Origin: Anoxybacillus pushchinoensis
Lineage (GTDB): Bacteria; Bacillota; Bacilli; Bacillales; Anoxybacillaceae
Assembly: GCF_900111795.1 (NCBI RefSeq)
Contig: NZ_FOJQ01000011.1
Coordinates: 15,220-39,219 of the forward strand
Direction of reading: 5' to 3'
DNA: 24,000 nt
Shown here: piece by piece, positions 19,927-24,000 of the stretch
Layout: the number at the start of each line of letters is the position of its first letter
How positions within the stretch are numbered: the stretch's first letter is position 1
The notes under the pieces: model-generated
Database searches by the model: none
Seen by the model: only the letters and a program-made list of their open reading frames with translations
What the model was told of the DNA's origin: nothing
Program-made: the position numbers and the translations under genes

Positions 19927-21663
19927 TTAAAACAACTCCTTGCATTTTGTATAAACTTCGTGCGGTAAGAACGGATTGCCGTCATATTTCAGCACGTTAA
20001 ACACTTTTTCAGCATGTCCAACGTTCATTTTCAAAATGTTAGCAAGTTGTCCTGTTGCGTTATTTTCAACAACAACTACTTTTTTCGCTGACTGCACAAG
20101 CGGCAACATTTCTTCCGTTGGGAACGGATGAATGAGACGAACATGAGCGTGGTTTACTTTTATACCGTCGCGCTCTAAACGTTCCATCGCCTCTTCAATC
20201 GCCCCACGCGTCGAGTTAAACCCAACGATCAATAAATCCGCATCTTCATGCTGCACATGTTTATGAACTGGTGTCGGGAATTGAAGATGTTTTAGCTTCC
20301 GTAAACGCTTATCCATTTGCACAATACGATTTGCTGCTACTTCGGATGGACGGCCCGTCTCATCGTGCTCGACACCTGTCACATGGTGAATTCCATTTTT
20401 CATACCTGGCAATACGCGAGGTGACACGCCATCTTCTGTCACTTCATATCGCTTGAAGCAACCTTTATCCGGAATTTCAGGAAGTTCTCCTGTGACAAGC
20501 TTACCGCGACGAATATCAATTTTATCGTACTCAAGCGGCTCTACTGTTTGCTTTCCTAACGAGAGCTGTAAGTCTGTTAAAACGATAACTGGGCATTGAT
20601 ACTCTTCCGCAATGTTAAACGCTTCGATCATATCATAAAACGCCTCTTGTACAGTACTTGGCGCCATGACTACTTTCGGAATCTCTCCATGCGTACCGTA
20701 AATCATTGCCATTAAATCAGATTGTTCTTGTTTTGTCGGTAGACCTGTGCTCGGACCGCCGCGTTGCGTATCAACGATAACGATTGGCGTTTCTGTAATC
20801 CCAGCTAATCCGATCGCTTCCATCATGAGCGAAAGACCCGGCCCAGCAGAAGCAGTTAACGTGCGTACTCCTGCGTAATTTGCACCGATAGCCATTGTAC
20901 ACGCCGCAATTTCATCTTCTGTTTGAATGACCGTACCACCGAACTGTGGAAGCTTTTTAATTAAATATTCCATAATTTCAGAAGCTGGCGTAATTGGATA
21001 AGCAGCCATGAAGCGCGCGCCACCAGCTAGAGCACCGAGCGCAATGGCGTCATTCCCAATCATAAACATTCTCTTTTTGCCGTCCGCTTTTTCAAGTTGC
21101 ATTAATTGAATATTTTCACCAAGTTGTTCACGCATAAACTGAGCGCCCGCTCTGATCGCTTCCATGTTTTTTGCAACAACTTGTTCACCTTTGCGACCGA
21201 AAATCTCCTGAACGACCCCTTCGTATACACGAATGTCAAGACCGAGTACTGCGCTTGAGGCTCCGACTGCAACCATGTTTTTCATTAATGCTGTCCCTAG
21301 CCCTGTTGCAATATCAGTGAATGGAACCGCATACAACTTAGCTCTTGACTCGTCTGGAATCGTCGGATTAAACTTCGCATCCGCAATAACGATCCCACCT
21401 TGACGCAACTCATGAAAGTTGAAATCAATCGTCTCTTGGTCAAAAGCTACTAATATATCAAGATCATCGGCAATTGAACGAACTTGTGTCGTGCTAACAC
21501 GAATTTTATTGTTCGTGTGACCACCTTTAATTCGAGATGAAAAGTGGCGATAACCGTATAAATAGTAGCCTAGTCGGTTGAGCGCAATGGAGAATATCTC
21601 CCCTGTACTTTCAATACCTTCCCCTTGTTGTCCTCCAACTTTCCACGAAAGTTGACTAATCAT
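19927..21663 (-). CDS. korA: 2-oxoacid:ferredoxin oxidoreductase, fused gamma/alpha subunit
   Basis: 578 aa; N-terminal gamma-type domain (WKVGGQQGEGIESTGEIFSIALNRLGYY), then alpha domain (GNDAIALGALAGGARFMAAYPITPASEIMEYL, TASAGPGLSLMMEAIGLAG, RGGPSTGLPTKQEQSDL). Confidence 0.93.
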   Translation of the reverse strand: MISQLSWKVGGQQGEGIESTGEIFSIALNRLGYYLYGYRHFSSRIKGGHTNNKIRVSTTQVRSIADDLDILVAFDQETIDFNFHELRQGGIVIADAKFNPTIPDESRAKLYAVPFTDIATGLGTALMKNMVAVGASSAVLGLDIRVYEGVVQEIFGRKGEQVVAKNMEAIRAGAQFMREQLGENIQLMQLEKADGKKRMFMIGNDAIALGALAGGARFMAAYPITPASEIMEYLIKKLPQFGGTVIQTEDEIAACTMAIGANYAGVRTLTASAGPGLSLMMEAIGLAGITETPIVIVDTQRGGPSTGLPTKQEQSDLMAMIYGTHGEIPKVVMAPSTVQEAFYDMIEAFNIAEEYQCPVIVLTDLQLSLGKQTVEPLEYDKIDIRRGKLVTGELPEIPDKGCFKRYEVTEDGVSPRVLPGMKNGIHHVTGVEHDETGRPSEVAANRIVQMDKRLRKLKHLQFPTPVHKHVQHEDADLLIVGFNSTRGAIEEAMERLERDGIKVNHAHVRLIHPFPTEEMLPLVQSAKKVVVVENNATGQLANILKMNVGHAEKVFNVLKYDGNPFLPHEVYTKCKELF

Positions 21664-21862
21664 GTCTTACACCCCTTTAAAGTTCCATCAATTGTAACAT
21701 TACATTGTACGATTATAAGTGTAGCACTTTTCCAAGAAAAGCTCTACCATTTCACATTGATTTTTTTCGAAAAATTTCATATACTAAACGCTTTCATTCT
21801 AGCCCTATTGAAAAGAAATTGCAACATATTTGTTACAAAAGTGTGAATTTCTTTTTCATTTT

Positions 21863-22792
21863 TTATTGAGGAATTCGCTCATAAAAATTACAAAACAAAA
21901 ACTTTTTCACTTGTTCTTCTTTAAAATGCTTTAACAATTCGTCAATAAAATGTGTGTAGTGCGCAACGTTTCCTAATTGTTCGACCGTTTCAAAAATGCC
22001 ATCAAAGTCAGATCCGAACCCGATATGGTTTTCTCCACCTAACGAACAAATATGATCAATATGACGGAGCACATCTGTTACTGTCGTTTTCTGGACATCA
22101 TGACGCAAAAATTGCGGCACAAACGTCACACCAATCACCCCGTTTTTCTTAATGAGCGCTTGAATTTGATCATCGCGCAAATTGCGGGGATGCGGACAAA
22201 CTGTATAAGCATTCGAGTGTGAAGCAATCGGGTAATGAGCCAATTCAATGACATCCCAAAACGCACGTTCACTTAAATGCGACACATCTGTCCAACATTG
22301 TTGTTCATTTAACAAATGAACAACATCTTTTCCAAATTTGGTTAATCCACCACCACGTTGTTCAAGTGCACCGTCAGCTACCATGTTGGCATCATTCCAT
22401 GTTAATCCAACGGAACGAACGCCGAGACGGAGCAATGTACGCAATTGTATTAAGCTTTCTCCAATCGCTTCACATCCTTCCAATGTAAGCATAGCCCCAA
22501 CTTCATTTGGCTGCAATTGATCAATTTCTCTTTTTGAGCGGACCATTTTCATATTTGGTTGTGAAACAATTTTCTCATAAAAATAATCAACCATCTCTAA
22601 AGCGACAAAAAAGCGCGACTCCGGTCTTACTTGTTTCGGAATATAAATCGCAAACGCTTGTACAGTTACTCCCGCCTGTTTCAAGCCATCGTACGTCACA
22701 TGTAACGATGTGCTCCGTTCAAATGACAAATGTTGATCACAAAATAATTGGTATAAAACATCACAATGAGCATCAAATATACGCACAACCAT
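21863..22792 (-). CDS. Membrane dipeptidase / renal dipeptidase family (peptidase M19)
   Basis: Metal-ligand motifs FDAHCDVLY, GVRSVGLTWNDAN, PIASHSNAY, HIGFGSDFDG. Start is ATG 22792 or more likely GTG 22786, given TGGAGGGATGGTTGTG. Confidence 0.9.
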   Translation of the reverse strand: MVVRIFDAHCDVLYQLFCDQHLSFERSTSLHVTYDGLKQAGVTVQAFAIYIPKQVRPESRFFVALEMVDYFYEKIVSQPNMKMVRSKREIDQLQPNEVGAMLTLEGCEAIGESLIQLRTLLRLGVRSVGLTWNDANMVADGALEQRGGGLTKFGKDVVHLLNEQQCWTDVSHLSERAFWDVIELAHYPIASHSNAYTVCPHPRNLRDDQIQALIKKNGVIGVTFVPQFLRHDVQKTTVTDVLRHIDHICSLGGENHIGFGSDFDGIFETVEQLGNVAHYTHFIDELLKHFKEEQVKKFLFCNFYERIPQ

Positions 22793-22839
22793 CCCTCCAT
22801 TAGACGCGTTCAGTTCCAAAACAATCATAAGATAAAAAT

Positions 22840-22867
22840 AACCTGTTTGCTTTTAAGCAAACAGGTT
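22840..22867 (-). terminator. Intrinsic terminator of spoVS
   Basis: AACCTGTTTGC / GCAAACAGGTT perfect stem, followed on the minus strand by a T-rich tract (ATTTTTATC). Confidence 0.85.
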
Positions 22868-22875
22868 TATGTTTA

Positions 22876-23136
22876 TTAACGCGGTTCAACGATCAGTTTG
22901 ATCGCCGTCCGCTCCTCTCCATCAATTTGAATATCCGTAAACGCAGGAATACAAATGAGATCGACTCCGCTCGGTGCTACGAATCCTCGCGCGATCGCTA
23001 CTGCCTTAACGGCCTGATTCAATGCACCTGCGCCAATGGCTTGAATTTCAGCGGCACCGCGTTCTCTTAACACGCCTGCAAGTGCACCAGCTACGGAATT
23101 AGGATTAGATTTTGCTGAAACTTTTAATATTTCCAT
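22876..23136 (-). CDS. spoVS: Stage V sporulation protein S
   Basis: 86 aa; MEILKVSAKSNPNSVAGALAGVLRERGAAEIQAIGAGALNQAVKAVAIARGFVAPSGVDLICIPAFTDIQIDGEERTAIKLIVEPR, near-canonical SpoVS. Confidence 0.98.
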   Translation of the reverse strand: MEILKVSAKSNPNSVAGALAGVLRERGAAEIQAIGAGALNQAVKAVAIARGFVAPSGVDLICIPAFTDIQIDGEERTAIKLIVEPR

Positions 23137-23192
23137 TTCTAGTTCCCCCTCGTTTCTTACAATTGCTTATAAAAAGCTGTACTATTCATTAT

Positions 23193-23222
23193 ATATTCAT
23201 CCCTGTTTGCTTGTATTCCTGC
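23193..23222 (-). promoter_or_regulatory. Predicted SigH promoter of spoVS
   Basis: Minus strand GCAGGAATA-N12-GATGAATAT matches RNAGGAWWW / RNNGAATWW. Confidence 0.75.
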
Positions 23223-23261
23223 TACACTATGTATTTTTTCAGAAAAATATAAAAAGAGGGA

Positions 23262-24000
23262 CTAATCAAAATAAGGGTGATCATCATTAATCATGATACG
23301 CTGAATTGATTTTGTTTTTCCATTTTTTTCGTCCAATTCAATAAGGACAGCGTTCAATTGCGTCCTCCCTGCCGTAACTTCAAAACGCACCGGCAAACCT
23401 GTTAAAAATTTGCGCAGTACTGCCTCACGATCTACTCCTAAAACACCATCATAAGGCCCGGTCATGCCGACATCGGTGATATAACCTGTTCCATTTGGCA
23501 AAATACGTGAATCAGCTGTTTGAACGTGTGTATGCGTGCCGACAACAGCGCTTACTCGGCCGTCTAAATGCCATCCCATCGCTTGTTTCTCACTCGTGGC
23601 TTCCGCATGAAAATCAACAAAAATAAACGGGGTGCGGGCAAGAGCTATTTCCACTAATTCGTCTGCTTTTTTGAACGGGCAATCGATCACTGGCAAAAAT
23701 GTTCTTCCTTGCAAACTAATTACAGCTATTTCATACCCTTCGACATGAATGAACACCATTCCTTTTCCAGGTGTACCAGCTGGAAAATTAGCTGGGCGAA
23801 CGAGCATTTTTGCTTGATCAATAAATTCGAAAACTTCTCGATTGTCCCATGCGTGGTTACCAAGCGTTACAACATGCACCCCGATTTCTAAAAAGCGACG
23901 GTATATTTTTTCTGTAATTCCCTTTCCCCCCGCTGCATTTTCCCCATTTACAATAACCACATGTGGCTTGTATTTCTCTTTAAGTTTTGGCACGTATTCA
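23262..24000 (-). CDS. ymdB: YmdB-family metallophosphoesterase, N-terminus beyond the window end
   Basis: YVPKLKEKYKPHVVIVNGENAAGGKGITEKIY...VTLGNHAWDNREVFEFID...DFHAEATSEKQAMGWHLDGRVSAVVGTHTHVQTAD. The reading frame stays open to position 24000, so the track start at 23993 is not the real start. Confidence 0.95.
   Translation of the reverse strand, partial: EYVPKLKEKYKPHVVIVNGENAAGGKGITEKIYRRFLEIGVHVVTLGNHAWDNREVFEFIDQAKMLVRPANFPAGTPGKGMVFIHVEGYEIAVISLQGRTFLPVIDCPFKKADELVEIALARTPFIFVDFHAEATSEKQAMGWHLDGRVSAVVGTHTHVQTADSRILPNGTGYITDVGMTGPYDGVLGVDREAVLRKFLTGLPVRFEVTAGRTQLNAVLIELDEKNGKTKSIQRIMINDDHPYFD

Noticed and set aside
21700-21750. Possible hairpin TGTAGCACTTTTCCAAGAAAAGCTCTACC upstream of korA
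   Set aside because: Only short broken complementarity. The region also contains a TATAAT-like -10 for korA, so it is not a supported regulatory RNA.
1-24000. CRISPR arrays, tRNA/rRNA genes, IS elements, phage or defence systems
   Set aside because: None seen: no regularly spaced repeats, no tRNA-like cloverleafs recognised, no transposase/integrase motifs in the ORFs. Nearly all sequence is explained by housekeeping, sporulation and metabolic genes.

Overview
This looks like an ordinary chromosomal segment from a thermophilic Bacillaceae (Anoxybacillus/Geobacillus-like; taxonomic guess only), almost entirely minus-strand. Read from high to low coordinate it carries: ymdB (partial), spoVS, an M19 dipeptidase, 2-oxoacid:ferredoxin oxidoreductase alpha and beta subunits, miaB, ricA (ymcA), cotE, mutS, mutL, miaA, hfq, spoVK, a fatty-acid degradation cluster, a plus-strand TRIC-type membrane protein, hflX, a ynbB-like PLP enzyme, glnR and glnA (partial). 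The order matches the B. subtilis mutS-mutL-miaA-hfq-spoVK-hflX-ynbB-glnR-glnA backbone, with the lipid cluster and TRIC gene lying between spoVK and hflX. The most notable observation is a deletion scar in the lipid cluster. An acyl-CoA dehydrogenase N-terminus (157 codons) is fused out of frame to the C-terminal ~116 codons of a second, different acyl-CoA ligase, so both genes appear inactivated. Several regulatory elements are readable: tandem GlnR operators upstream of glnRA, a SigH-type promoter for spoVS, SigK/SigE-like elements for cotE, and a set of intrinsic terminators. I found no CRISPR array, RNA gene, mobile element or convincing new multi-gene system.
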